From Octopus bimaculoides (Eukaryota), in assembly GCF_001194135.2 (NCBI RefSeq), contig NC_068985.1, forward strand, positions 120,079,785-120,143,784: a stretch of DNA of 64,000 nucleotides. Direction: 5' to 3'. Positions 24,464 through 37,579 of the stretch are shown here, in pieces. A program made the position numbers and the translations under genes. Within the stretch, counting starts at the first letter, position 1. The number at the start of each line of letters is the position of its first letter. The notes below the pieces were generated by a model that worked only from the letters and a program-made list of their open reading frames with translations, did no database searches and was not told the origin of the DNA.

Positions 24464-24855
24464 CGCGCGCGCACACACACACGCACTTACACGCACCGAC
24501 TATACCGAAATAATGCTAATTAATGCATATCTCTTTATAAACTGATATAGTTCATAATGTACTAGTTACATTAGGGTAAGTCTTCCTTTATACAAAAGTA
24601 GTGCTCAACATATTTTCAAACAAACGTGATGTCCATACTCTGTATGTACAAAAATGATGTACATACTTTTCAGGCTCACATCTTTATCTCGGAACAATGT
24701 CGCTCGTTGGACTGAACAGGTAGGTATAGACACGTTCTCGATCCGCTTATGTGGTGGGTAACCAATCTAATTTACCAGATATACCAAACATGTACGTGGT
24801 CGTATATCATTTCGATGGATGTGAGTTGTTTTCAGTTTGTTTAGTATATTTGTGT

Positions 24856-25002
24856 CTTAACGTTCTGAGTTCAAATTCTGCCGACATCGACTTTGACTTT
24901 CATCCATTTGATGTCGATAAAATAAGTACCAGTTGAGCACTGGAGTCAATGTAATCGACTAGCCCCTCCCTCCAAATTTCAGGCCTTGTGCCAATAGTAG
25001 AA
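24856..25002 (+). mobile_element. SINE family B, 5'-truncated or decayed; (ATT)n tail follows
   Basis: ACGTTCTGAGTTCAAATTCTGCCGAC...GTCGATAAAATAAGTACCAG...GGCCTTGTGCC. Confidence 0.88.
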
Positions 25003-25055
<53 letters not shown>

Positions 25056-25062
25056 CATTATT
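25003..25062. repeat. (ATT)n array shared by the SINE B tail and the 3' end of the Dong-like LINE
   Basis: Direct reading. Confidence 0.97.
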
Positions 25063-26660
25063 TTATATTCGCTTTGCACAGCTGTTCACTACCAGTGAAC
25101 TAAGAAAACACCTATTATTTTACGAGCACCATTCGGAGTATTCGAGCGGTTCCAAGATGTGCTGTTTTCTTCAAGTGCTCCACCCTTATTGCAGCCCCTA
25201 TTTGTTTCATCTAATTCTCGAGATTTTTGCTCACTGTTCCCAGTGCTCCGACAATTACTGGTACGACTACCAACTTATTCAGCGACCACAACTGTTTAAC
25301 CTCCCAAGCTAACCTGTTATATCTTTCGACTTTTCTTTCTTCCTTATCACATACCTTGTCAGCTGGAAATGATATATCTATGATTCAGCATCGTTTGCTT
25401 TCTTTCTCAATTAACACCATGTCTGGTTTCTATTCTCTATCTCATGGTTGCTCTGAATCATAAAATCCCATAGCATCTTTGTATTATCATTGTCCATGAT
25501 GCCTTCAGGTTTATGTTCGTACCATGTTTTTGCTCTGTCAAGTACATACTTGTTGCAAAGTGTCTAATTGACAAGCCTTGCTATATTGTCATGACGTCTT
25601 TTATATTCTTTCTGGACTAGTGGCGTACATTGACTAGTAATATGCTATACGGTTTCACCATTTTGTCCACAAGTTCTGCACTTATCACTCTCTGATGTGT
25701 TGTCGATTCTGTATTTGACGTAATTAGTTCTTAACGCTTGCTCTTTGGCAGCAGAGATTAGAGACCCCGTTTCCGGTTTTAAATCACTTTTAGTCATCCG
25801 TAGCCATCTTTTTCTCTGTCTGTCTTACATTCAATATCCCTATGAAATTGACCATGCATTCTTTTCTTTATCCATCTATTTTCAGTTCATTCATTCTCAA
25901 GTGCTTGTACAGTGCTTTATCTTTGCAATCTTCCATCCTACAGAAGCCTGACCGTCTTACTTTCAATAATAGCAGTTCTGTGGCATTTTTACATACCATT
26001 CTATGTTGCTTTCTTCTGCTCTAATGCTCTGTCCTCTTCCCACACTTTTTCTTGGTACATGCAGTCTGTCTGTGTCCCTGCTTGGGTGGAGTATCCCAAA
26101 TCTAGTCAGCAACTTCCTTGTCTTTCTGCCTAAGCTGTTTAGTTCATCTACTTCCATGCGATTACCACTGTTCCATATCTAAGGAGTGAAACCGCCATGT
26201 TTTGATAGCTTCAATCTTATTCCGTCCATTTAATTTTGACTTCAGAGTCAGTCTCTGTCTGCGCAAGTACTCCACCTTAAATTTTTCTGTCATTTCTTTC
26301 TCCATCAATTTATCTATTTCCAATATCCTCAAATATTTATAGCCCGTCTCTTCTATCTGCTTCATAAACTTCCGCGGCTGTATCGCTAGCCCGTCCATAC
26401 ATTTGATTTTGCTTCTCTTCAAGACTAACATACCACACTTTTTAGTCCTAACACCATTTTGATATCATCACTTAAAGTGTACACCGTATCAAGGAGGGAA
26501 CTGATTTGGAATTCATCTTTGCCATAAAGTTTGAGGTCATCCATAAATAGCAAATGGTTGACCTTTTGTTGCTGGCTTTTGAATACATATCCAACCTTTG
26601 CTTTCCTCATAATTAGTGTTAGTGGTATCATGTACATACAAAGATTAGTGGGAACAGGCT
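25063..26660 (-). mobile_element. 5'-truncated R4/Dong-like LINE (RT C-terminal half, CCHC knuckle, RLE); pseudogenised
   Basis: KVNHLLFMDDLKLYGK (RT catalytic motif), GYKYLRILE, SKLNGRNKIEAIKTW, CRTCGQNGETV*HITSQC (C-x2-C-x7-H-x4-C), YKRRHDNIARL and LWDFMIQ...KPDMVLIEK (RLE PD motif). Confidence 0.93.
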
Positions 26661-26717
26661 TTATTATTATTATTAATATCATTAATATTATCATCATCAT
26701 CATCATCATCACCATCA

Positions 26718-26797
<80 letters not shown>
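26661..26797. repeat. (TTA)n/(TCA)n compound array at the 5' junction of the Dong-like LINE
   Basis: Direct reading. Confidence 0.97.
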
Positions 26798-27682
26798 TTC
26801 ATCAGTAGTTATCCCGATATTTATTATTATCATATGTAATTTACATCATGCTTTGTATTTCTAGACGTGGGATCAAGTATATAGACATTACTGAGAATAA
26901 TTTCACCCCAACTCTTTATATTCACACATCATTCTGCTTATGTGCACATTCTTTTAATTCGCCTTAAATATTCGAAATATATAGATTTTCTCAGATGTAG
27001 ATAATACACACAGATATCTCTTGCAAATGTACAGACAGAGATTCAACAGATCTAAATGACATATATAGACCCACATAAAGCTACATATACATTACTAATC
27101 TAATATTAGATTGAGAAAATAATTCTAATTCAGACAAACTAATTTCTGAAAGTTCAGTTTTTATCGAGGTAAATTCGTATGAATAGACTCCAAATACACT
27201 CTTGGGTAATATCCTGTCTTACATATCCAAAGTCCAGTCATAACGAGCAGTATATTAAGTTGCAGCACTTTTACGTCTAGTGTCTTTCTTTCCGGATAAC
27301 ATTTTAGGAGTACAATAGCTGTGACAAAATTAATTGCATTTTTCCCGCTTGTTTAGCGCAGCATATCAATGAAGAGGAAAGGCATTTGCTTCTCGTCTTT
27401 CATGTTGAAATCAAGCCAGGTTGTGTAGTTTTTCTGTTTGTCGGCATCCATCATCATATCCCATTATTTCAGAAACTGTATATGCAATATTCTAATACGA
27501 TATTTTATGTGCACAGCTTATAGTTGTTATATATTCGAAATACCTGGTGATAATAATAACTTTATACGTTTATGTACATGTATGTATGCGGTATGTTTGC
27601 AAGGATACATATATGTGTGTATGTATTTATACATAATATATTATATATATATACATACATACACATATGTGTGTGTATTTAA

Positions 27683-27723
<41 letters not shown>

Positions 27724-28951
27724 NNNNNNNNNNNNNNNNNNNNNNNNNNNNNNNNNNNNNNNNNNNNNNNNNNNNNNNNNNNNNNNNNNNNNNNNNNNNN
27801 NNNNNNNNNNNNNNNNNNNNNNNNNNNNNNNNNNNNNNNNNNNNNNNNNNNNNNNNNNNNNNNNNNNNNNNNNNNNNNNNNNNNNNNNNNNNNNNNNNNN
27901 NNNNNNNNNNNNNNNNNNNNNNNNNNNNNNNNNNNNNNNNNNNNNNNNNNNNNNNNNNNNNNNNNNNNNNNNNNNNNNNNNNNNNNNNNNNNNNNNNNNN
28001 NNNNNNNNNNNNNNNNNNNNNNNNNNNNNNNNNNNNNNNNNNNNNNNNNNNNNNNNNNNNNNNNNNNNNNNNNNNNNNNNNNNNNNNNNNNNNNNNNNNN
28101 NNNNNNNNNNNNNNNNNNNNNNNNNNNNNNNNNNNNNNNNNNNNNNNNNNNNNNNNNNNNNNNNNNNNNNNNNNNNNNNNNNNNNNNNNNNNNNNNNNNN
28201 NNNNNNNNNNNNNNNNNNNNNNNNNNNNNNNNNNNNNNNNNNNNNNNNNNNNNNNNNNNNNNNNNNNNNNNNNNNNNNNNNNNNNNNNNNNNNNNNNNNN
28301 NNNNNNNNNNNNNNNNNNNNNNNNNNNNNNNNNNNNNNNNNNNNNNNNNNNNNNNNNNNNNNNNNNNNNNNNNNNNNNNNNNNNNNNNNNNNNNNNNNNN
28401 NNNNNNNNNNNNNNNNNNNNNNNNNNNNNNNNNNNNNNNNNNTATATATATATATATATATATGTACGTAGGTATTTTTTTTTAAAGTCTCAGCTTAGAG
28501 CTGCGGCCGTGCTGATGCACCACCGTGGTATATAAACAATTATATATATATATATATATCTATATTTACATGTGTACGCTATATCAATGATAAAAAATAT
28601 GTTTGCTTTTAAAATACCGTCACCAGCATTGTAATGGTAATGGTTCTGCCGAATGTGATGTTTATGAGGCTCAAAATGAATATGTCAGCGATGATGAATA
28701 TCATGGCGATGGATCATCATCATCGCAAAAGTAATATACGTCTACAACAGCACCATTACACATAATGCACATCTATGTTAAAGAGAGAACGTTTATCTCC
28801 AGCTACACACTATATGCAATGCAAAATGCATTTACGCATGAACAGCCAGGTATCCTATGTTTATATTGCGTAAAGATGCCATTTTCGTTAGTGAATATAC
28901 ATGCGTACATACATAAATAGATACACACACACATACAGAGACAAAGGCAAA

Positions 28952-28985
<34 letters not shown>

Positions 28986-29189
28986 NNNNNNNNNNNNNNN
29001 NNNNNNNNNNNNNNNNNNNNNNNNNNNNNNNNNNNNNNNNNNNNNNNNNNNNNNNNNNNNNNNNNNNNNNNNNNNNNNNNNNNNNNNNNNNNNNNNNNNN
29101 NNNNNNNNNNNNNNNNNNNNNNNNNNNNNNNNNNNNNNNNNNNNNNNNNNNNNNNNNNNNNNNNNNNNNNNNNNNNNNNNNNNNNNNNN

Positions 29190-29227
<38 letters not shown>

Positions 29228-29386
29228 GCATATGTATATATAGATATGCATACATATATATACATATGCATATATATATATATGCATATATATATATATA
29301 TATGCATACATATAGATATACATATATAATATAATTAATATATATATGCATATATACATACGTATATGTATATAATTACATCTATA

Positions 29387-29428
<42 letters not shown>

Positions 29429-29449
29429 TATATATATATATATATATGC

Positions 29450-29960
29450 ATATGTGGGCACAGGATGTCACGACACATGTACAACAAAAATGTACGAAGC
29501 ACGAGTACATGGAACATGAACTATTCTTTCGAACAACGAAAGACACAAATGGAAAACACAACAAACAACAAAAAGAATGAACCTTCATCAGTTGTTGGCT
29601 GTTTTTCTAGTTTCGTATTTCGAGCAGGTAACAACAATATACGCTTTCGATAAAACAGTTGCTCCCGCAAGGCAAATTAAATAAACTTTATGATTTTGCG
29701 GAGGGTCAAAATAGGTAACACAAGCAGGACAGTGAAAACAAACATGAAGGGCTGCGAAGCCTAAACTAGGTTGTGGTAGCGAACGCGTAAACCAATCAAG
29801 GACAGGAGGCAAACAAGAACACGTCTTCTTTGTTCCAGCTTCAACTGAGAGATAGAAAGGAGGATGGCCGATTGTCACGTGTACAAGGGAGAGGAATGAG
29901 GGACAGAGAGTGACAGAGTAATAGTGGGAGAAGGGGAGGTAAACGAATAAGAGAGAGAAA
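29450..29960 (-). mobile_element. Interspersed repeat, longer copy of the 15762 unit; possible PLE 3' end
   Basis: Homology to 15762-15946. Minus-strand peptide KLEQRRRVLVCLLSLIGL loosely resembles PLE C-termini. Confidence 0.4.
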
Positions 29961-30216
29961 AAGATCGTATAGAGTGCGCATCAGAATTATTAACATAAAA
30001 CTTATACATATATATAAACATATGGAAATACTAATACCCATACAGCACATTGGTATACACACACGCGCGCAAGACACACACATGAATATATACATGAATA
30101 CGTAAATGCGGGCATACATATGTGTGTATGTATGTATGCATGTAAATATGTATGTATGTATGTATGTATGTATCTATCTATCTATCTATCTATCTATATA
30201 TTTATATGCATATACA

Positions 30217-30278
<62 letters not shown>

Positions 30279-30454
30279 TGTTTGTGTGTTTGTGTGAACG
30301 TAGAAAGGAAAAGATAGATAAACAGGAAAATAAAAATCTATTTAATGACATGACCTGTTCCCGTATATGTTGTATCAATGAATGTGCCTAACTTTATACT
30401 TGTGTAGATACATATATATATGTATTCACACACACACAAACACTCACACACACG

Positions 30455-30497
<43 letters not shown>

Positions 30498-30949
30498 ATA
30501 CAAGGATATGTACATATTTTTGTGCACACATTTTTCTTTTAAACAGGCTGTATTGCGAATTATGATATAACTCCTGTCCCTGTTCGTTTTTATTAAGGAT
30601 TTTTCTTTATTTAGTTATTAGTCATTCGTGTGTAATTTAGACGCATATCATTAACTTCTGTATTTTCTCATATTGGATGAATTCATAGAGGTAGCAGTGG
30701 TCTTGTCGTTTTCTAATAGCAATAATTTATGATGAATAAAATTTTATAACTGATAAAATCATTCTCATTCCCATTTAAATTTTCTCTCCTTTTATTTTTT
30801 CATGTGGTTCTTTATACTGAATTCTATACCACTCTACCGACCGGATCATCATATGTTGTTGTGCACCACGGGTTACGATGCGCTCGCTCGCATTGTTGTA
30901 TCTGTAGAAGTATGCGCTGGTTAGTCGGAAAGGTTTTCGTTCCCACTTC

Positions 30950-31105
30950 AAGGAGCACCAATCCGTCGCAGAGTTACCCACTGACAACTGAATGGATTGG
31001 AGTAAAGTGTAATAAAGTGTTTAGCACAAGAATGCAACGTTTCTGGGAAACGAAACCACGAACTCAAAATCAAGAGTGCAATACCCTAGCCGCTCAGCCT
31101 TCTAC
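30950..31105 (-). mobile_element. Diverged SINE related to family C
   Basis: CCAATCCGTCGCAGAGTTAC...ACTGAATGGATTGGAG...AAAGTGTTTAGCACAAGAA aligns with 13108-13190. Confidence 0.6.
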
Positions 31106-31117
31106 TTTTACGAATTC

Positions 31118-31340
31118 TACGAGGGGGGTACTGAAACTTTCCTCGCTTTAAGGGTATAGCGAAACGCTTGGTTAGAAGTCCAAACTTCCGGGTATTTTTA
31201 CAGTGCTTAGAAAAACACAAGGACCGCAGTAAATAAGTGTGTGAATCTGAGAGGGGAATATGTTGAATAAAATCATAATTAACTGATCATCGTGTATTTT
31301 CTTTTGTACAATGCCAAGAACTTTTCAGCACACCCTCGTA
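31118..31340. mobile_element. Mariner-type MITE (223 bp including TA target sites)
   Basis: TIRs TA|CGAGGGGGGTACTGAAACTTTCCT and reverse-complement TA|CGAGGGTGTGCTGAAAAGTTCTT. No coding capacity. Confidence 0.85.
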
Positions 31341-31399
31341 TTTTCGGAAATAATTTTATGATGTTTTTTTCTGTTTAGTTTCGTTTCATAAAGTGAATT

Positions 31400-31830
31400 A
31401 TCGGAGATACAATGTCTGATTTGCGGGACCTTTGACCAATCTACCCACAGAGTGCTTTGTTTGCATAAAAGAAATATCAGTTGTGCTGTTCAACAGAAAC
31501 GTTCTTTGTATTTTGGAATTATTATAAGAAAGTGACTCTAAATCTTGTCTAATATATAAGCCTATACTTTCTCCTACAGAAATATTACGAAGGTGGCTTT
31601 CTTTATTTTCAGTAGAAACATTTACAACCCCGTTGGATTTCTGCAAAATTTCCGCGCAATATACCCAATAGGCGCATATAATCTCTTTCTGTTTTATATC
31701 TACACGTGTTAAGCACAAACGACTTGATATTCAGCGTTTGATAGCATTGATCTGAGTTAAAAAAGCTCAGAGGTAGACCTAAACGCATCTCTATATTGTG
31801 GAGGAATAGTTCGGTTTTGAACATGTGAAG
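31400..31830 (-). mobile_element. Possible piggyBac-like transposase relic
   Basis: Two frames give RLLGILRGNFAEIQRGCKCFY and HLRNISVGESIGLYIRQ...RTFLLNSTTDI. These are loosely like 'KLA.IR..F......Y.P...SVDE.L..F.GR...RQY...K...L.DS.T'. Confidence 0.3.
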
Positions 31831-32802
31831 TTGTAATTTTTTTAGGTAAAATTTTTCGTCGAGTCATGGTTTCATTCCTAATCTCAACGAATTTTCTGTT
31901 GTAATATATCTATCTTTGAAAGGTTTCCATCTTTGTGCATAATAATAATCGGATTGCTCATATTTCTTTTCCGTATTAAAATCGTAGTATTTCATGTATT
32001 ACAAAATCACCAAAGCATCAACTCCACCACCCCACCTCCAAACGAAAAGGACTCTCTTAAAATGAAAATGCAAATGTGCATTCCAATAAAATATAAAAGC
32101 AACCGATGTAATATAAAATTTTCCATGTAAATACTGAAGCTGTTAACTTCATAAATGCAAAAACATTTTCATCATTTGGCCATACGTTTTCAACAAGTAA
32201 AGATGCAGTACATTATAGTAGTTGGCAAAACATTACTTAATAACACTAAAGCATACGTAGGAATTTAAAGAAATGACTGAATATTAACTGTGGAAGATTT
32301 ATTGAACGGAATGTTAAAAGAACCGAACACGCACGAGTGAAAGAAATTAAGAATGTAACCAGGCGTTAAACGATTTTAAATGAGACTATGACCATGTGAT
32401 TAGAACGTTATTTGTATGCTTTACTTTTATTTACAAAATACAGTAACGAATAGTGCCGTTCATTCAGATGCAGAGAAGTCAAGTTTCATGCAACACACAC
32501 ACACACACAAACCTGTGCGCGTTTTCTCATATTAATGAAATCATGGAGGTAACAGTATCTATCCATCTATCTATAATATTAATAGGCCAATTTGTTTTTT
32601 TGCTTAAATAAAAAGAAAATTAACTAGACCTCTTGTAATTTTTGAAACAGATTTGAAACCACCACTCATGTGTTGTATTAGGGCTTTTCAACACTCATAC
32701 TGACTGGTCCACCAAAGCAGCAACGGCCGATGAGAAAGTTAAGATACTTAAATCTGACTAGTGTGCTGAGCAGGGAGAAAGAAAATGAGAAAGAGAGAGA
32801 GA

Positions 32803-32845
32803 GCCACCGTCAGATGACTGAAACAAGTAAAAGAACAAAAGAATA
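32803..32845 (+). mobile_element. SINE family A extreme 3' tail fragment
   Basis: GTCAGATGACTGAAACAAGTAAAAGAACAAAAGA. Confidence 0.75.
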
Positions 32846-33028
32846 CGAGAAGAACTTTCTGTACCACTAAACCAAGAGGGTTCTCTGAATTTGTCCGAAA
32901 TATTTAAGGCTAAATAGTAACTCTGTTTACGTTTGTGTAACTGAGATATTTTGGTTGGATTACCTAGTTGTCGTTTTTACTCTTCCTTCTATATTCTGTA
33001 ACTGTCGCAATATACTTTTCTACTGTAG

Positions 33029-33232
33029 GCACAAGTCCTGAAATTTTTTGTGGGAGAGGTACAGTGAATTAGTTCGAGCCAGTACGCGACTGGTATTTAA
33101 TTTATCGACCCCGAAAAGGATGGAAGGCTAATTCGACCTCGGCAGAATTTGAACTCAGAACGTAAAGACTGAGGAAATGCCTCTAAGCATTTCGCCCAGC
33201 GTGCTAACGATTCACCCAGCTGACCACCTTTA
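33029..33232 (-). mobile_element. SINE family B, left arm of an inverted duplication
   Basis: Reverse complement matches 33541-33743. Confidence 0.93.
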
Positions 33233-33540
33233 ACTGTCACACTATAGAAACATTTCTCATGGCACCAGCACACAATTTACTGACGCTTACATTTTCTATA
33301 TTTTCCGTGAATTTTTCAAAGGTCCAGCTGGTATATATAAAGCAAATGAGTAACAAGAAGAATGTCAAGATATTAATTCAATAAATTGACATCCTTGTTA
33401 CTTATTTGCTTTTTATTCACTTTACCTTGAGCCTTGCGGATGATACTCGTCTGGCATGGCGCATCAACTTCAGTAACTTATTCAACTGAATCTTAATTAT
33501 TTACTATGTATACTAGAAATGTTTCTGTAGTGTGTCAGTT

Positions 33541-33743
33541 AAAGGTGGCGAGCTGGCTGAATCGTTAGCACGCTGGGCGAAATGCTTAGAGGTATTTCCT
33601 AAGTCTTTACGTTCTGAGTTCAAATTCTACCGAGGTCGACTTAGCCTTCCATCCTTTTTGGGGTCGATAAATTAAATACCAGTGGCGTACTAGCTCGATC
33701 TAATTGACTGTACCTCTCCCACAAAAAAATTCAGGACTTGTGC
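33541..33743 (+). mobile_element. SINE family B, right arm of an inverted duplication
   Basis: GGCGAGCTGGCTGAATCGTTAGCACGC...GTTCAAATTC...GGACTTGTGC. Confidence 0.93.
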
Positions 33744-33830
33744 ATATATATATACACACATTTTGATAGAAATGGTAAGACAACAAAAGAATGAGAGACC
33801 ACGATATTATGTACAGATATATATATATAT

Positions 33831-33895
<65 letters not shown>

Positions 33896-34680
33896 NNNNN
33901 NNNNNNNNNNNNNNNNNNNNNNNNNNNNNNNNNNNNNNNNNNNNNNNNNNNNNNNNNNNNNNNNNNNNNNNNNNNNNNNNNNNNNNNNNNNNNNNNNNNN
34001 NNNNNNNNNNNNNNNNNNNNNNNNNNNNNNNNNNNNNNNNNNNNNNNNNNNNNNNNNNNNNNNNNNNNNNNNNNNNNNNNNNNNNNNNNNNNNNNNNNNN
34101 NNNNNNNNNNNNNNNNNNNNNNNNNNNNNNNNNNNNNNNNNNNNNNNNNNNNNNNNNNNNNNNNNNNNNNNNNNNNNNNNNNNNNNNNNNNNNNNNNNNN
34201 NNNNNNNNNNNNNNNNNNNNNNNNNNNNNNNNNNNNNNNNNNNNNNNNNNNNNNNNNNNNNNNNNNNNNNNNNNNNNNNNNNNNNNNNNNNNNNNNNNNN
34301 NNNNNNNNNNNNNNNNNNNNNNNNACAGATTTTTATTAATATGTCACATGTTTTTATAAATCATATTTTAGCGCTTGCATCTATTCTAGTAGAATCTTCA
34401 GATTTATATTTTTTTGAGGGGATTCGTCTCTTTTTATAGTATTATTGAGTGTGTAGGGGTGGAGAAAGATATATAGGATAGTAAAAGTGGGTGAGGATTG
34501 GGGAGAAAGTGAGTGTGTGTGTGTGTATTTGTATGCCTGTGTATCTGAAAGGAGTGTCAATGGAAAAGAGAAGGATAGAAAAAAGGAAGAGAGAAAGAAG
34601 AAAAAAACAATTGTTTTCTTCTTTCTCTCTTCCTTCTTTCTTTCCTTCTCTTTATATCTCTATATATATGCATACACACG

Positions 34681-34758
<78 letters not shown>

Positions 34759-35289
34759 CGCGTACGGGGAAAGCTACTTTTCATTGCGCGGTGATCGCTT
34801 GTGAGCTTTAAGCGTATAAAATACTATCTTTATTATTTACAGAATATATATGCTCACACACATGCCTGCACGTAACTGAATTCACATGCCTGCATATATA
34901 TATGTGTATATATATATATATATTATATGTATATATATATATATACACACACATATATATTACATCACACATACTTTTACATGTACCCATGTTATATGCA
35001 CATACATTGACACATATACGTACATACACCCACACATATATATATACGTGTATATAACTTCACACATAGACGTACGGGTTTATGTGTACGTACTCATGCA
35101 TGCCTATTTCAGAGTTAATTTGAACATAGCTGCACGTTCCGCTGGGGTTATCTCATGGGTGTCAATATGATGAAAGAATAAAACTAAAATAGCACAACAT
35201 GAAGCAATAGGTCCGTTCATGCATATTGCTTCTTCAAGCAGTCCATAATTAAATGTTCGTTTGCAGACCATCATTAGCACTCTATAGGT

Positions 35290-35600
35290 GTTGATAAAAT
35301 AAGCATTTTATCATGCAACATATAGTCCATGGAAGGTCTCGTGGCCATTGTAGAGGTATCCTGTGTTGTTGAGTGTAGATGGTGGTGCTGTGTTCATCGC
35401 TTAAGAAGCAGTATGTAAGGACCAATGTGTATGTACGACAGTGAACGAATAGGTACCATACGATGTGAACTATCTCAGTGATGTAATATCGCAACGTGTG
35501 TCCCAGGGGGAAGTTCAGGTCCGTTATCTGGAAATCTAGGTAATTTGTAAATGATATTGCATTATGCTTATTATAATATGCAAATGCGCATTTTCTAGCG
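35290..35600 (-). mobile_element. Decayed Penelope-like RT C-terminal fragment
   Basis: Frameshifted peptides NYLDFQI, NFP, SYGTY and TLNNTGY follow the order of PLE thumb motifs. Confidence 0.45.
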
Positions 35601-35629
35601 TGCAATCAACTTGCTATTCTTTCCGAGAG

Positions 35630-35672
<43 letters not shown>

Positions 35673-36018
35673 TTAATGAAATTTAAACATAGTATGATTT
35701 TTACGATTTCTTATTTACAAATTTTTCTATTTTACAATATTGTATTAATAGAATATGATATATGTATTATTTAAAATCCAGTACTTTCATGTGCTATGTA
35801 CTCATCAGCTTTATGTGGTTGTAGTGACAGTCATGTTCTACAATTGTACGTATGTATGTATGCATGTATGTATTTTATGCATACATAAAATTACATGTAT
35901 ATCTACTTAAATGAAAACATACATACAAATATACACACATATAGATACCAGAGTAAGCACTTAAATGAGAAACAAGGTGGAAAAAAGAGTACTCGAATGC
36001 CGGAGGTAGATAAATATT

Positions 36019-36167
36019 CTTTATTAAAATGCAGCAAAAATATCACAAAAACTGTTACTCAGAGTTTCACGTTCCCGTTTGTTGGACAGTTATATTTAGA
36101 ACGGAACAAAAATAAGGTTATAATCAAAAATATACAATTAGTTTGATGGATACACATTTGAAAATGG
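36019..36167 (-). mobile_element. PLE terminal repeat with degenerate hammerhead (36050-36091); inverted copy of 37946-38093
   Basis: Minus strand reads AACTGT CCAACAA ACG ggaa CGT GAAA CTCTGAG TA ACAGTT. Confidence 0.8.
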
Positions 36168-36873
36168 CTTGTTTCAACTAATGGTCTTTTCAATAACCGG
36201 TTACATGCAATGAACAAATTTCGGTATAAAATCATATTATTATAAAAAATCGAAGAAAACCCTCAATCAAAATTAGCTTATAAAGAAGGACAGAGCCTGA
36301 ATACGCAGGGAAAATAATTAGCTGCAAAATATTAATCAATTAATGAATTAAAAGATAGATCCATCTAAAAGAATTTTCACGCTAGATTACATATACATTT
36401 AGCAGTATATGCATATACCAAACCATCTATAATATACATATGTACACACGATACATACAGACACAGGTGCATGGCTACATACATATATATGCAATATGCA
36501 AGACATAAATATATATACAAATGCATAAATATGTTTGCACGCACGTGCACAAAATCTCCTGGCGTATGCTTATGCAAGTTAGTTGCTACAGGCGAAAGAA
36601 AGGGAAGGGAAAAATCAGGAAGAAAACATAGCAAAAGAAGAAAAAGAAATACAAGAAAGTGAAAGTGTATAGAGGTAGAGAGTATTACGTGATGTCGTTA
36701 GAAAAGTACCCAAAGACGATTAGATACTTCGTTTAGCTTGCGCAAGAAATACATAAAAACGCACACGTAAAATTACATGTATATCTACTTAAATACAAGC
36801 CCACATTTATGCATGTATACACATGCATAAATGTGTTTGTTTGTGTATATACACTTTTATATATGTGGGCTTG

Positions 36874-36922
<49 letters not shown>

Positions 36923-36977
36923 GTATATAAATAAATACATATATATATGTGTATATAAATATACACACACACGCACG

Positions 36978-37009
<32 letters not shown>

Positions 37010-37579
37010 CATACACATACACACATACATATGCACACATATACATACCTACAATACATACATACACATAAATATATAGAGACATTTTTTCACATCAAGA
37101 TAAATATATAAATCATAACGTATACATGCAAACAATTTTTTAAAACACTGTCCAGTATATATAACATTAAAATGTAAAAATAAGGAAATTGCACATTAAT
37201 TTGATGTAGCATAATTGAATACGTGAGTAAACAATAAAAATAAACCTGAGCGAAGCTTAAGCTTAAATCTGTAAAACAGTCGAAGGATTCCTTAAACGTG
37301 AAGTCGAAATATGCACTGGCATTCTATGGAAAATAACCATTACGTGTTAAGTCCAATTCAAATGCAACATTCAAAATTTTCCGAAAGTCAAAGCATTTTA
37401 CCCGTACGGTAATTTGTAGGCTGACATTCTACTGTTTGCGGCGTGCCTGCAGGAATTTAAGAGCTCGCATCTCTAGTTCAAAGCATTTTTATCCTGGAAC
37501 AGGATGAAGAACTTTTCTGAGAGGCAAAGATTTCATTTCATAGGTCTTTTGCAAGCTCCATAGGTCTTTTATAAGCTAT

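Noticed and set aside
26880-27440. Possible very old PLE (FNMKDEKQMPFLFID, KTGYYP)
   Set aside because: Motif similarity is suggestive but too weak without a profile search.
28625-28735. Exon-like frame HCNGNGSAECDVYEAQNEYVSDDEYHGDGSSSSQ
   Set aside because: Probably decayed (GAT/CAT)n low-complexity sequence; weak splice signals.
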